From Coraliomargaritaceae bacterium (lineage in GTDB: Bacteria; Verrucomicrobiota; Verrucomicrobiia; Opitutales; Coraliomargaritaceae): 64,000 bases of DNA. The stretch lies in the NCBI GenBank assembly GCA_965656495.1, contig CBFHKU010000003.1:1-64000 (forward strand). Reading direction: 5' to 3'. The position numbers were made by a program, and so were the translations under genes. Every line of letters starts with the position of its first letter. Position 1 is the stretch's first letter. Under the pieces are notes generated by a model, which was not told where the DNA came from, did not search any database, and saw nothing but the letters and a program-made list of their open reading frames with translations. Below, piece by piece: positions 41,248-51,691 of the stretch.

Positions 41248-43986
41248 ATGTCTGAAATCGCAAAAGCTTATGAGCCTCAAGAGGTGGAAGCCCGCTGGTA
41301 CTCCAAATGGTTGGAGTCCGGTTGCTTTAAAGCGTCCGTCCAAGCGGAGCGTGAACCTTACGCAATCATGATTCCACCGCCCAATGTGACCGGGATGCTG
41401 CATATGGGGCACGTGCTGGACAACACCTTGCAGGATATTTTTGTCAGGCGGGCACGTCTGGAGGGAAAGTCGGTACTCTGGCAACCGGGGACGGACCACG
41501 CGGGTATTGCGACGCAAACGAAGGTGGAGCGTCAATTGCGCGAGGACACTGGGGAGAGCAAATATGACCTCGGGCGCGAGGCTTTCTTGGAAAAAGTTTG
41601 GGCCTTCCGCGAAGAATCGGGTGGGGTGATCTTGAAACAGTTACAAAAGCTGGGGGCTTCCTGTGATTGGGATCGAACCAGTTTCACGCTGGATGAACAC
41701 TATTCAAACGCGGTGCTGGAAGCGTTTGTGCGCTTGTATGATCGCGGTTATGTTTATCGGGGCAAACGCATGGTCAACTGGTGCCCGGCGACGCACACCG
41801 CTATTTCGGACGAAGAGGTCAACATGAAGCCGCAACAGGGCTTTTTCTACAAGATGCGCTACGAATTGGTGGAAGCGGACGGGGAGCGCACCCATCTGGA
41901 AATCTCGACGACGCGACCGGAGACCTTGATGGGCGATACGGCGGTAGCGGTACACCCGGAGGACGAACGGTATAAGCATTTGATTGGGAAGACGGTTTGG
42001 CGACCTTTCCCGCGCGCCGCGATTCCAATCATTGGAGATGCCTATGTGGATCGCGAATTTGGGACGGGTTGCCTGAAGGTGACGCCGGCGCACGACAAGA
42101 ACGACTTTGAGATTGGGCAGCGTCACGATCTGGAGGTGATCGAGGTGATCGACCATGATGGTTGTATGAATGCCTTGGCAGGCGAGGAATTTACGGGGAT
42201 GGAGCGTTTTGCCGCACGAAAAGTGGCAGCGGACAAGCTGGAGGCGATGGGGCTTTTAATCGAGCGCGAGCCGTATGAAAACGTGGTGGGGTTCTCGGAA
42301 CGCGGGGATGTACCGATTGAGCCGAGGCTTTCGGAGCAATGGTTTTTGAAATATCCCAAAGTGGATGCGGCGAAGCGGGCAGTGGAAGCCGGCATTATAA
42401 AATTTCATCCGGATCGCTGGAAGAAGACCTACTTGCATTGGCTCAACGGGATTCAGGATTGGTGCATCAGTCGCCAGTTGTGGTGGGGGCATCGCATTCC
42501 GGTTTGGTACAAGAAGGGGATTCCGCGCACGGACTTGGATTTTAGCGATCCTGCGCAGGTGCATGTCTCGGTCGCGGGGCCGTCGGATCCCGAGAATTGG
42601 GAACAGGAAGAGGATGTGCTGGATACCTGGGCTTCGTCTTATCTTTGGCCAATGGCGAATTTAGGTTGGCCGGAACCGGACGCCGCCGCGCAAAAAGAAT
42701 TGGCGCATTGGTACCCCACTTCCACCTTGGTGACCGGTTTTGATATTATTTTCTTCTGGGTGGCGCGTATGATTATGGCGGGCCTTGAGCTTTACGGGGA
42801 GGATAAGGCGGAATTGAGCGATGATGAAATCGCAGCCCGTATTCCCTTTAAGAACATTTTCATTCACGGCCTGATTCGCGATGAAAAGGGTCGCAAGATG
42901 TCCAAGTCCTTGGGCAATTCGCCGGATCCTTTGGATTTAATTGAAAAATTCGGGGCAGACGGTCTCCGTTTCGGGATTTGCAATATCGCGCCGACGGGGT
43001 CGGACATTTTGTTCTCGGAGGAACGGATCCAAATCGGACGGAATTTCTGCAATAAATTATGGAATGCCGCACGCTTTCGCCAGATGTCAGGACCGATGTC
43101 GGACAACACCAGTTTGGAGCAGATTCTTTCACGGATTCAGGTGGAACTTTTTGATGATTATGACCACTGGATTTTGGCACGCTTGGGAGCGGTTACGACT
43201 GAGGTGGAAGGGTGTTTTACGGAATATGACTTGGCACCCTATACGCACAAGCTGTACGCCTTTTTCTGGAGTGACTTCTGTGACTGGTATGTCGAGGCGT
43301 CTAAGGGCAAGCTCAAGGGCGACGCTGGAGTGCAGCACAATTGTCTGGCGATTCAGGATTTGGTCTTGCGACAGGTCTTGCAGTTGGCGCACCCGGTGAT
43401 GCCGCACATCACGGAGGAGTTGTGGTCAGGCTTGGGTTATGCCGGCGCAGCGCCGTTCATTCACGAGAGCCCTATCCCCGATGCCGGTACCCTTATGGCG
43501 GCGATTTCGATTGATCGCGGTGCGACGGAGCGGGTTGCGCAGCTTCAGGGTTTAATTTCAGAGGCGAGGGCGCTGAAGGCGAAATACAACCTTGCAAGTA
43601 AGCGGGATGTCTCGGTCTTTTTCGGAGCGGAGGGTTCGGCGGCGGCGGTCATCGCTGATAATGCTGGTTTAATCGCTTCGCTTGCGGGTCTCGGAAGCTT
43701 GGAAAGTTTGGGGGACAAGAGCCCCGAGGGTTTGCCCGCTGCAGTAACGCCGCTTGGGAGCCTTTATCTGGACTTAAGCAGCAGTATTGATGTGGCAGCC
43801 GAAAAAGCCCGTCTTGAGAAAGAATTGGCGCGGCTGGATAAACTGGTCGCCCTTGGGGAAAACAAATTGAAGAACCCGAAGTTTGTCGAAAGCGCGCCGG
43901 AGCAGGTTGTTGCTGGGGCACGCAAACAATTGGCGGAGACCTGTGCGCAGCGCGATGAGACGCGGCAGATTCTGGATAGTCTTTAG
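41248..43986 (+). CDS. valS: Valine--tRNA ligase
   Basis: PPPNVTGMLHMGH, DHAGIATQ, DWCISRQLWWGHRIP, KMSKS, C-terminal coiled coil. Confidence 0.98.
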   Translation: MSEIAKAYEPQEVEARWYSKWLESGCFKASVQAEREPYAIMIPPPNVTGMLHMGHVLDNTLQDIFVRRARLEGKSVLWQPGTDHAGIATQTKVERQLREDTGESKYDLGREAFLEKVWAFREESGGVILKQLQKLGASCDWDRTSFTLDEHYSNAVLEAFVRLYDRGYVYRGKRMVNWCPATHTAISDEEVNMKPQQGFFYKMRYELVEADGERTHLEISTTRPETLMGDTAVAVHPEDERYKHLIGKTVWRPFPRAAIPIIGDAYVDREFGTGCLKVTPAHDKNDFEIGQRHDLEVIEVIDHDGCMNALAGEEFTGMERFAARKVAADKLEAMGLLIEREPYENVVGFSERGDVPIEPRLSEQWFLKYPKVDAAKRAVEAGIIKFHPDRWKKTYLHWLNGIQDWCISRQLWWGHRIPVWYKKGIPRTDLDFSDPAQVHVSVAGPSDPENWEQEEDVLDTWASSYLWPMANLGWPEPDAAAQKELAHWYPTSTLVTGFDIIFFWVARMIMAGLELYGEDKAELSDDEIAARIPFKNIFIHGLIRDEKGRKMSKSLGNSPDPLDLIEKFGADGLRFGICNIAPTGSDILFSEERIQIGRNFCNKLWNAARFRQMSGPMSDNTSLEQILSRIQVELFDDYDHWILARLGAVTTEVEGCFTEYDLAPYTHKLYAFFWSDFCDWYVEASKGKLKGDAGVQHNCLAIQDLVLRQVLQLAHPVMPHITEELWSGLGYAGAAPFIHESPIPDAGTLMAAISIDRGATERVAQLQGLISEARALKAKYNLASKRDVSVFFGAEGSAAAVIADNAGLIASLAGLGSLESLGDKSPEGLPAAVTPLGSLYLDLSSSIDVAAEKARLEKELARLDKLVALGENKLKNPKFVESAPEQVVAGARKQLAETCAQRDETRQILDSL

Positions 43987-43997
43987 AATTAGATAAG

Positions 43998-44031
43998 AAA
44001 AACCCCGGGCGGCGAACCGCTCCGGGGTTTT
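43998..44031. terminator. Bidirectional intrinsic terminator
   Basis: AAAACCCCGG GCGG-CGAA-CCGC T CCGGGGTTTT between convergent genes. Confidence 0.85.
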
Positions 44032-44051
44032 GGGAATTTTAGTGGGGATGC

Positions 44052-44873
44052 TTAATTTTGAGAAGCAGGGCTTGCTATCTCGCTGTCATCCGGGTTTGTG
44101 GTAGTAGGCGGTGCTGGGGTCATAATCACGAAGTTACTCCCTGGGGCGAGGTTCTTATCAAAGTCGATATATTCATCGGACTTCGGGTCATTCGACGAAA
44201 GGACAACGGAGATTACGTGGGCGGGGGGAACCGCAATCACCTTCATCGCTACGTAATCTGCCGTTGAGAGTTCTACTTCGGCACTACTTTGCATGCCATA
44301 ATCAATGTCATCTACTTCGGGTACGGTAACCACATCGACAATACCATCGATGTTATTGGTTACAAAGCGGAAGTAATTTGAGATGGTGTCGTAGCTGAAG
44401 CCGACACGGAAGCGAGTGCCTTTCACGACGGCGACCCCGAGGGGTGTTTTGACGTTGAATTTGGATGTTTTAGTAAGCTTCTTAACATTACCTAAGAGAG
44501 AACCGTAATTTATATTCAAGAGCGTGATGGATTGACTCGGGTCGCGGTCCAAGTTCTGGTAGGTTTTTTGCCCCATAAAAGGTTTTTGCTGCAGAACTTC
44601 GACCTTTACTTGCGAATTGGGGTCGAGATCAATGACCGAGCCGTTTGAGAGGGCAAATTTGACAGTGCTTTGGGAGCCGGTACTGACAACGTCGCCTTGT
44701 TTGATGATGTCACCTACTTTCAGCGCCGTTGCAGAGGCGATGTCCTCGCCCTGATGAACTGTGACAGTACCACCTAGATTAAGAATCTTCGCATTGGCAA
44801 GGGGCATCGCTTGAACTGCCTGAGCGAACATTGCGAGGATCCCCGAAAAAACGAGAACAATTGATATTTTCAT
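44052..44873 (-). CDS. Secreted FecR-domain protein
   Basis: Signal peptide; GDVVSTG..S.V..LSNGS; FNVKTPLGVAVVKGTRF; Pro/Thr/Asp tail. Confidence 0.8.
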   Translation of the reverse strand: MKISIVLVFSGILAMFAQAVQAMPLANAKILNLGGTVTVHQGEDIASATALKVGDIIKQGDVVSTGSQSTVKFALSNGSVIDLDPNSQVKVEVLQQKPFMGQKTYQNLDRDPSQSITLLNINYGSLLGNVKKLTKTSKFNVKTPLGVAVVKGTRFRVGFSYDTISNYFRFVTNNIDGIVDVVTVPEVDDIDYGMQSSAEVELSTADYVAMKVIAVPPAHVISVVLSSNDPKSDEYIDFDKNLAPGSNFVIMTPAPPTTTNPDDSEIASPASQN

Positions 44874-45195
44874 GATTTATTGCTTGGTTGAATTACCTAG
44901 TTATAAAAGCATCTAAATTTACAAAAAGAGAATATGCAACACTTAAATGGGCTTAATTTCGTATAAAATTAATTTAAAATAGACTTAAATAGGCGTATAA
45001 ACCTTTGTTTAAATTGATACGGCAGGATTGCTTGGGTTGCCTGAAGCTTGAGGGGTGCATCGGAGTAAGGATGCGAATTAAAGCCAACAGGATTGCTTCA
45101 GTATGGCGTAGTGACTTGGTGTGCCACTGCAGGCGCTTTAAGGTAAACTTTATATGTTCATCTATCGATTCGTTTCTTTCCTTGGCATCACCTTT

Positions 45196-45360
45196 TTTGA
45201 ACCTAAGTTTTACCAATGTCCTGAACCTGCTTTGTTACTCATGTCTTGAACCTGTACCATGTTTGATGGGATTAGGGGTAAGATTAAGAGTAAGAGTAAG
45301 ATTAAGATTAAGAGTAAGATTAAGATTAAGATTAGGAGTAGGAGTAGGAGTAGGAGTAGG
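45196..45360. repeat. Composite repeat: ~24-nt unit x2.5 plus (GATTAA/GAGTAA/GAGTAG)n
   Basis: ATGTC(C/T)TGAACCTG is repeated; hexamer run at 45268-45360; related to 128-261. Confidence 0.85.
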
Positions 45361-45655
45361 GGGGGTGTGTTTGTTGCTCTGTCTGAACAAATCTATTCTG
45401 GCTTCTCGAACCTGCTAAAGCCGCTTTGCCTTTCTTTGCGGGCTATTTTCTTATTTGTACGATCCGCGTGATTCGCAGTTAATCACTCTTTGTGCTGCAC
45501 TGAGACCAGCCTTGCTGGCGACCGCCAATAGGTACTTATTTTCGGCTCTGCCGGATTGCCCAACACAGAGTGGTTTTAGCACAGCGGGGAAACCTAATAG
45601 GAAGGGAATCGCCGAAATACCCTTGTCCTCGGGTTTGAATCATGAAAGCGGGTAC

Positions 45656-45686
45656 AAAAAAACCCTGAAATCAAGTTTCAGGGTTT
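45656..45686 (-). terminator. Intrinsic terminator
   Basis: AAACCCTGAAA-TCAAG-TTTCAGGGTTT; the adjacent A-run is a U-tract on the minus strand. Confidence 0.8.
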
Positions 45687-45732
45687 CTAGCTTGTTGTTG
45701 GTAAAAAATTAGCGGTCCAACAGTCTTAGCTG

Positions 45733-46722
45733 TTAAGCGCCAGTTGAGGGACTTGCTTCAACTTCGCTATCATCTTCTGGGTCCGAGATGACCGGATCCG
45801 GAACATCGCTATCTCCGCTGTCGCTGTCATTAGAAGCGGCATCATCGGCAGCCGCTTGTGCTTCTCCAGCAAGGTCATTGGCGGCTTCGCCAGTGATGCC
45901 AGCCTCATTCGCACCAGCCAAGGTACCTTGTTGGACGCCGGAACTCACCGCCTCGTTTAAAACAACATTGATGCCGTTATCATCAGAAATACTATCAGCA
46001 CCTGTTTCAACACTGGCAGCAACTGCAGTCACGATCGTGGCGGGATCCGCGTTAACAGCAACTGCGGTTGCCACTGCCGCTTGAGATGCACCTACTGCTG
46101 CTGCCTGTACGGCGTCAACAACCACAGATAGGGGTTTGTCGTCTTCGACCAATGCCGATAGGGCAACCATGGAGCCTTCGGTGGCGGCTTTAGCGGCCTC
46201 TGCAACCGATACGGTAGAAACTGTGGAATCTTGCTGAGCTGCACTCGCCGCAAGCATTGCGCCGGAAGTCGCACCCTTGGAAGAAGCTGCTACGGCAGCG
46301 GAGAGATTTGCTTCCGATACGGCTGGTGCTTTTACAACTGCAGTGACTGCGCCCTGCGCAGTTGCCTCAACTGCGGTAGTAGTTTCTTCCGGGCTCAATT
46401 TAGCCTCGGTGGCGAGTTCAAAGACAGCTCGTGTCATGGAGGCTACCGCAGTTTCAATAGTGGATTGAATCGTCACACTTTCGCTAGACATTAATACCAA
46501 TTGCAGAATTTGTTGGGTTACGTTGCTGACACTTGCCTCATCTTCAACGTTGATACCTGCAGTCAAAAGTAATTTTTTTGCTGCTTCGACATCGCCATTA
46601 GAGACTTGCGAAACAAGCACCGGATCCATGTCTTCCGCGACGATGGACTGTGCCGGCACAACAGCGATGACCAAAGCTAGAGTAAATTTAATTAGAGAGC
46701 TTTTCAGTTTGAAATTTTTCAT
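45733..46722 (-). CDS. Secreted Ala/Val/Ser-rich protein of unknown function
   Basis: Signal peptide, repeated A..AA.GA helices, acidic tail. Confidence 0.75.
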   Translation of the reverse strand: MKNFKLKSSLIKFTLALVIAVVPAQSIVAEDMDPVLVSQVSNGDVEAAKKLLLTAGINVEDEASVSNVTQQILQLVLMSSESVTIQSTIETAVASMTRAVFELATEAKLSPEETTTAVEATAQGAVTAVVKAPAVSEANLSAAVAASSKGATSGAMLAASAAQQDSTVSTVSVAEAAKAATEGSMVALSALVEDDKPLSVVVDAVQAAAVGASQAAVATAVAVNADPATIVTAVAASVETGADSISDDNGINVVLNEAVSSGVQQGTLAGANEAGITGEAANDLAGEAQAAADDAASNDSDSGDSDVPDPVISDPEDDSEVEASPSTGA

Positions 46723-46984
46723 AGAGAGTAAGTTTGAGTTAAGGCGAACCAGAAAACTGGGATGTGAAAAAATACAATTATGCCGTTATACGTAAGTAAA
46801 TATGTATAATTGTTCCCATGTGACAAGCTTATATACAGTTTTTATGCTCACGGCTCTGTTCCAGTGACTTTGATTGCAATGCTGCTAATAAAATGGAAAA
46901 GGATTGCCAGTGGTGTAGCGGGGCGTGTTTTTATGGAATCATGATTCAGCGCGTTGCGCTTACTGTAAGTTAAATGGGCAATTT

Positions 46985-47767
46985 ATGACACAATTCAGAC
47001 CTTGTATCGACCTGCACGAGGGTAAGGTGAAGCAGATTGTAGGCGGAAGTTTACGGGATAATGGTGCGGGTCTGGAGACAAATTTCGTCAGTGATGCTTC
47101 ATCGGCGAGCTACGCGGCTCGTTACGCGGCGGATGGGTTGCGTGGGGGGCACGTCATCCAATTGGGCTTAGGTAATAAGGAAGCGGCAAGGGCCGCTTTG
47201 GGGCAATATCCCGGGGGATTGCAAATTGGCGGTGGGATTACACGTGAGAATGCGGCGGAATGGCTTTCAGCAGGGGCGAGTCATGTGATTGTAACGAGTG
47301 GGTTGTTTAATGCGGAGGGGGTTTTTGAGATTGCAAGATTGGAGGCGCTTAGGCGCGAGGTTGGGCGGGAGCGTTTGGTGGTGGATTTGAGTTGCCGCGG
47401 GGCAGAGGGAAATTGGGTCGTTGCGATGAACCGCTGGCAGATGGTGACGGATCTCAAGATTGAGGTGCGGGTTTTGGGGGAATTGGCTGGATACTGCTCG
47501 GAATTTTTAGTGCATGCCGCCGACGTGGAGGGCAAGTGTGGCGGGATCGATGCGGCTTTAGTGCGCTTTTTGGGGGCGCACGCAACGCAACCGGTAACCT
47601 ATGCCGGGGGAGCACAGAGTTTGAGAGACTTGGATTTAGTGGAGCAATTGAGTGGGGGTGCGGTGGATTTGTGTATTGGGAGTGCTTTGGATATCTTTGG
47701 CGGTACCGGGGTGCGTTATGCAGACTGTATCGATTGGAACAAGCGGCACTCACAAGGTGAAATCTAG
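46985..47767 (+). CDS. hisA: ProFAR isomerase, eukaryote (HIS6)-type
   Basis: FRPCIDLHEGKVKQIVG, GGHVIQLG, HAADVEG, TYAGG, GSALDIFGG. Confidence 0.92.
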   Translation: MTQFRPCIDLHEGKVKQIVGGSLRDNGAGLETNFVSDASSASYAARYAADGLRGGHVIQLGLGNKEAARAALGQYPGGLQIGGGITRENAAEWLSAGASHVIVTSGLFNAEGVFEIARLEALRREVGRERLVVDLSCRGAEGNWVVAMNRWQMVTDLKIEVRVLGELAGYCSEFLVHAADVEGKCGGIDAALVRFLGAHATQPVTYAGGAQSLRDLDLVEQLSGGAVDLCIGSALDIFGGTGVRYADCIDWNKRHSQGEI

Positions 47768-47850
47768 GTTTAGAAGTACGACAGCAATGCCGGAAAGCGG
47801 GGGTTTTATAGCTTGCATATTTTAATAAAAGGGTTGTTAGGTAATGAAAA

Positions 47851-48117
47851 ATGGAACTCCTAAACCTATCCTTTGCTACTTTGATTCTCAAGCTGTCGTT
47901 CAGCGTGCTGCCAATCGTTTTGGGCTGCTATCTACTGTTGTCTTCTGAAGAGGCTAAACGCGAAATGAGAAGCTTCATTTGCCGTTCTTTGTTTAATGTT
48001 AATAACGCGATACCGATGCGTGATTTTAATCGCATCCTTTATTGGGTTGGCGGCTTGGGGGTGCTTTTTGGTCTCGTAGTTGGCTGGATTTTGGTGCTGA
48101 AGCCCTTTTTCGAATAA
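47851..48117 (+). CDS. Small membrane protein
   Basis: 88 aa with two hydrophobic segments. Confidence 0.6.
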   Translation: MELLNLSFATLILKLSFSVLPIVLGCYLLLSSEEAKREMRSFICRSLFNVNNAIPMRDFNRILYWVGGLGVLFGLVVGWILVLKPFFE

Positions 48118-48226
48118 AGCTTAGCGCCAAACGCTGGCGACAATCCGGGATTGCTTGCTTGTTTAGGTTTCAACTATTCTTGAACGGATTAAACAAAAGA
48201 TCATTCTAAAGGAGTGAAAAATTAAA

Positions 48227-48772
48227 ATGTCGGAGCCTAAACCAGATATTACTGCAATGCCCGCTTGGGAGGCGGGTGTGGTTGAGTTATTTGTGCGTGG
48301 CGCGAATCTGGTGGGTTTGCCGCGTTCGGTGGGTGAAATTTATGGCAGTCTTTTTTGTGCAGATAGACCATTGACCTTTGATGTTCTGGTGGAACGTCTG
48401 CAAATCAGTCGCGGATCGGTCAGTCAGGGCTTGAAGGTTTTACGTCAACTGGGTGCGGTTAAGGTGCACTACATTGCGGGTAGTCGAAAAGATCACTATA
48501 TTGCGGAACTTTCCATGCTTCAACTCGTTCAGGGCTTTGTCCGTGACCAGCTCGGGCCGCATCTTGAATCAGGTAGTGCACGCCTTAAAGAGGTGGAGTC
48601 TTTGATTCAGGACGAAGTGGATATCGCCAAACGGAAGCATGCCGAGCAACGATTTCAAACCCTGCTCTCCTGGCAGCAAAGGGGGCAGAAATTACTGCCC
48701 TTGGTCATGACCGTACTTGGCGGTCACAAACTCCTGGATGACAGAGGTGAGTCGTCGCAAAAAATAATCTGA
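48227..48772 (+). CDS. GbsR/MarR-family transcriptional regulator
   Basis: GLPRSVGEIYG.L..PLT....ERLQISRGSVSQGL..RKDHY. Confidence 0.85.
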   Translation: MSEPKPDITAMPAWEAGVVELFVRGANLVGLPRSVGEIYGSLFCADRPLTFDVLVERLQISRGSVSQGLKVLRQLGAVKVHYIAGSRKDHYIAELSMLQLVQGFVRDQLGPHLESGSARLKEVESLIQDEVDIAKRKHAEQRFQTLLSWQQRGQKLLPLVMTVLGGHKLLDDRGESSQKII

Positions 48773-48877
48773 TCGGACTGCTCTTTACGCACCTTCACTC
48801 GATGATCTATGAGCAGATGGTTGACCTTGCTTTTTGATTACAGTGAAGCAATCTGAAGAAAGAAAATAAAGTAATCT

Positions 48878-50389
48878 ATGGGTTTATCTCTCGTATTTTT
48901 CATTTTGTTGGGGTGCTTTGTATCATGGCTTGTGACACACCTGCTCCTTGCTGCGCGTTTTAAAGAGAGTGAAGCTCGCGAAACCCAACACCACCACACA
49001 CACAGCGGTACGATTCCACGAATTGGGGGAGTTGGTATTGTGACGGCTTTCGGGCTGGTGTACCTCCTCTGCTTCATTTTTCTGGATTATCGCGACAATA
49101 CTTCACTCATCAATTACGCCGTAGCGGCGGGGGCGGTGGGCGCATTCTTGCTGGGGTTCATCGATGATTTTAGGCCGCTCAGTGCAAAAACAAAGTTTGC
49201 GGCCCAGATTATACTGGCAGCACTTGCCTACTACTGCGGCTTATCGATTGAGGTGGTTCGCATTCCTTTCACAGAATCCCAGCTAGACTTGGGTTACTTG
49301 GGTTTATTCGTAACCGTTTTCTGGTTTGTGGCGATTATGAATATCATGAACCTGATCGACGGTCTGGATGGCTTGGCGGGCGGAATTGGTTTAATGCTCA
49401 TGCTCCTTTTGGTGTATCTGAGTTTCCAGAAGGGCACCCTGATCTCAGGCATCCTTGCTTTGGGTATGACCGGAGCCCTGCTTGGTTTTCTGTTCCACAA
49501 CTTTCCGCCTGCCAAGGTCTATATGGGGGATTCAGGTGCGTATTTGATTGGGTATGTTATTGCGGCACTTTCCCTGATGAATGCCGAAAAAGGAACGGTG
49601 CTGGCGGCTTTACTGGCGCCGACGCTGGCGCTGGCGCTGCCGATTTTGGATGTTGGTTTCGCGGTTCTGCGGCGTGCGGTGCAGGGATTGCCCTTATTCC
49701 GTCCGGATCGCGGGCACATCCACCATCGCATGGTACAAGCGGGGCTCTCGCGCCGAGGCACGGTGCTGGTTCTTTATGGGTTCTCTCTACTGGCATTTTT
49801 CGGCGGCATTCTGATGTTCACTTGGCAGGGGCGGTACCTGCCGCTCTTCTTAGGCTTTGCCTTTGCGCTCTTATTATTAGTGTTGCGGGGCCAGAAAATT
49901 TCGGTGGCGGATCTACGTTCTGCGATTGGGCATTCCTTGCAAAGTCGTCAGGAGACACGCAATGCCATCAGTTTGCAGAACTGGTTCATCCTCGAGATCG
50001 AGCGTGTGGATACTGGTCAGAGCGTTTGGTCGGACTACCACTTCTTTCTTAAAAAGCTCGGGTTTTGCCGTGCCGAAATGACCGTGAACAACGAGTCGCG
50101 GTCATTTTTTATTCCCGGAACCCCTTACGACAATGAGGCAGTGTTGTGGGTGGCAAAAATAGATTTGGGTACGGACGAAGAAAACTCCCTTATTTTGTTC
50201 GGGGAAAAGGATAATTTTTCGCAGGCGCAATTTGATTTACTCTCTGATATTGCACAAGAAGCATGGAGTAAAGCTTCGGCTCGATGGCGAGCGTTGTATG
50301 GCAGTAAACTTACCTTTGAAGCGGAGGCTTCCAGGCCTGAGAACTACCGGGTTCAGCGTGCACGCAACCTTTACCGGCCTACGTATTAG
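48878..50389 (+). CDS. WecA/MraY-family polyprenyl-phosphate GlcNAc-1-P transferase with C-terminal extension
   Basis: PRIGG, GFIDD, NLIDGLDGL, YMGDSG, DRGHIHHR. Confidence 0.92.
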   Translation: MGLSLVFFILLGCFVSWLVTHLLLAARFKESEARETQHHHTHSGTIPRIGGVGIVTAFGLVYLLCFIFLDYRDNTSLINYAVAAGAVGAFLLGFIDDFRPLSAKTKFAAQIILAALAYYCGLSIEVVRIPFTESQLDLGYLGLFVTVFWFVAIMNIMNLIDGLDGLAGGIGLMLMLLLVYLSFQKGTLISGILALGMTGALLGFLFHNFPPAKVYMGDSGAYLIGYVIAALSLMNAEKGTVLAALLAPTLALALPILDVGFAVLRRAVQGLPLFRPDRGHIHHRMVQAGLSRRGTVLVLYGFSLLAFFGGILMFTWQGRYLPLFLGFAFALLLLVLRGQKISVADLRSAIGHSLQSRQETRNAISLQNWFILEIERVDTGQSVWSDYHFFLKKLGFCRAEMTVNNESRSFFIPGTPYDNEAVLWVAKIDLGTDEENSLILFGEKDNFSQAQFDLLSDIAQEAWSKASARWRALYGSKLTFEAEASRPENYRVQRARNLYRPTY

Positions 50390-50469
50390 GTGCTTATAGG
50401 TCTTCAATTTCTTGTTTCATAGAAATTAGACATTGCTCTGAATCAATCCTGCCCACTAATTGGCGATGT

Positions 50470-51456
50470 ATGAATATTATTCTTACTGGCTGCGCAGGTT
50501 TTATCGGTTCACACACTTGTGAGCGCCTCCTGGCGGACGGGCATTCTGTTGTGGGTGTGGATAATTTGGATCCGTTCTATGCGCGCGCGCTCAAGAGCAC
50601 AAATCTCGATGCGATCGCACGGCAAGCCGAATCTTGTAATGCCCCTTTTGAATTAATTGAGGGGGATTTGTCGGATCCAACAACCTTCCAAAAAATTAAA
50701 TTTCAGCTGGGAGCAAGTAAGGCGGATGCCATTATACATTTAGCCGCCAAAGCGGGGGTACGCCCGTCCATTCAGGATCCGGTTGGTTATCAACAAGCCA
50801 ACGTAATCGCTACCCAAAACCTCCTCGAATTTGCCCGCGAGGAAGCAATCCAACAATTTATATTTGCATCATCATCTTCGGTCTATGGCGTCAATCCCCG
50901 GGTTCCCTGGCGCGAGGACGATGCGGTGCTGCAACCGATCAGTCCTTATGCGAGCACGAAGGTGAGTGGCGAGTTGATGGGTCATGTTTATAGTAAACTT
51001 TTCGGGATCCGCTTCCTCGCACTGCGGTTTTTTACGGTGTACGGACCACGTCAGCGCCCGGATCTGGCGATCAATAAATTTGTGCGCCGGATTGAGGCGG
51101 GGGAGCCCATTCCTGTTTTTGGTGATGGCTCTACGCGCCGGGACTACACCTATGTGGGGGATACGGTTGGGGGTATTTTGGCTGCTTTGAATTACCGTAA
51201 CTCTGATTATGAAGTTATCAATCTAGGTAATGACCAAACCATTACGCTAGCTGAGATGATCGCCACCATTGAGACCGTCGTTGGAAAACAGGCCTGCATT
51301 GACCGACAGCCCGAACAACCCGGTGATGTTCCGCAAACATGGGCCGACATCAGCAAAGCCCGTGATTTACTGGGATATGACCCCAAAACGAAATTTTCAG
51401 ATGGGGTAGCGGCGTTTCATCGCTGGTATGGGCAATCGCTCTTGGATGGCGGCTAA
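50470..51456 (+). CDS. NAD-dependent sugar epimerase (UDP-glucuronate 4-epimerase-like)
   Basis: TGCAGFIG, HLAAKAGVR, YASTK, RFFTVYGPRQRPD. Confidence 0.9.
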   Translation: MNIILTGCAGFIGSHTCERLLADGHSVVGVDNLDPFYARALKSTNLDAIARQAESCNAPFELIEGDLSDPTTFQKIKFQLGASKADAIIHLAAKAGVRPSIQDPVGYQQANVIATQNLLEFAREEAIQQFIFASSSSVYGVNPRVPWREDDAVLQPISPYASTKVSGELMGHVYSKLFGIRFLALRFFTVYGPRQRPDLAINKFVRRIEAGEPIPVFGDGSTRRDYTYVGDTVGGILAALNYRNSDYEVINLGNDQTITLAEMIATIETVVGKQACIDRQPEQPGDVPQTWADISKARDLLGYDPKTKFSDGVAAFHRWYGQSLLDGG

Positions 51457-51570
51457 TCATGAGGGATTGAACGCTCTGTCAATTTGTTCATTTTTTCTTG
51501 AACAAAGTGGAGCCATGCGCTTACTGAAGGCTGTTCAATCGAGATGACACTTGCTCTCACAGGAACAAAA

Positions 51571-51607
51571 CACGCGCTCCGGTCCTCAGGACCAAGGGCG
51601 GCAGCGT
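51571..51607 (+). promoter_or_regulatory. JUMPstart/ops-like element
   Basis: GGTCC-TCA-GGACC hairpin, then AAGGGCGGCAGCGT (canonical ops is GGCGGTAGCGT), in the leader of a polysaccharide operon. Confidence 0.65.
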
Positions 51608-51691
51608 CTCAAAACCCAAGACCCCGGAATTAAAAAGATCGGACAGCTTTCACTGTCGAAATCCTTACGCTAATCCCAATAAATTAAAATC

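Noticed and set aside
44974..45471. ORFs of 80, 137 and 70 aa, including RLRVRL and KIKSK runs
   Set aside because: The low-complexity runs are translations of the hexamer repeat, and no family motifs are present.
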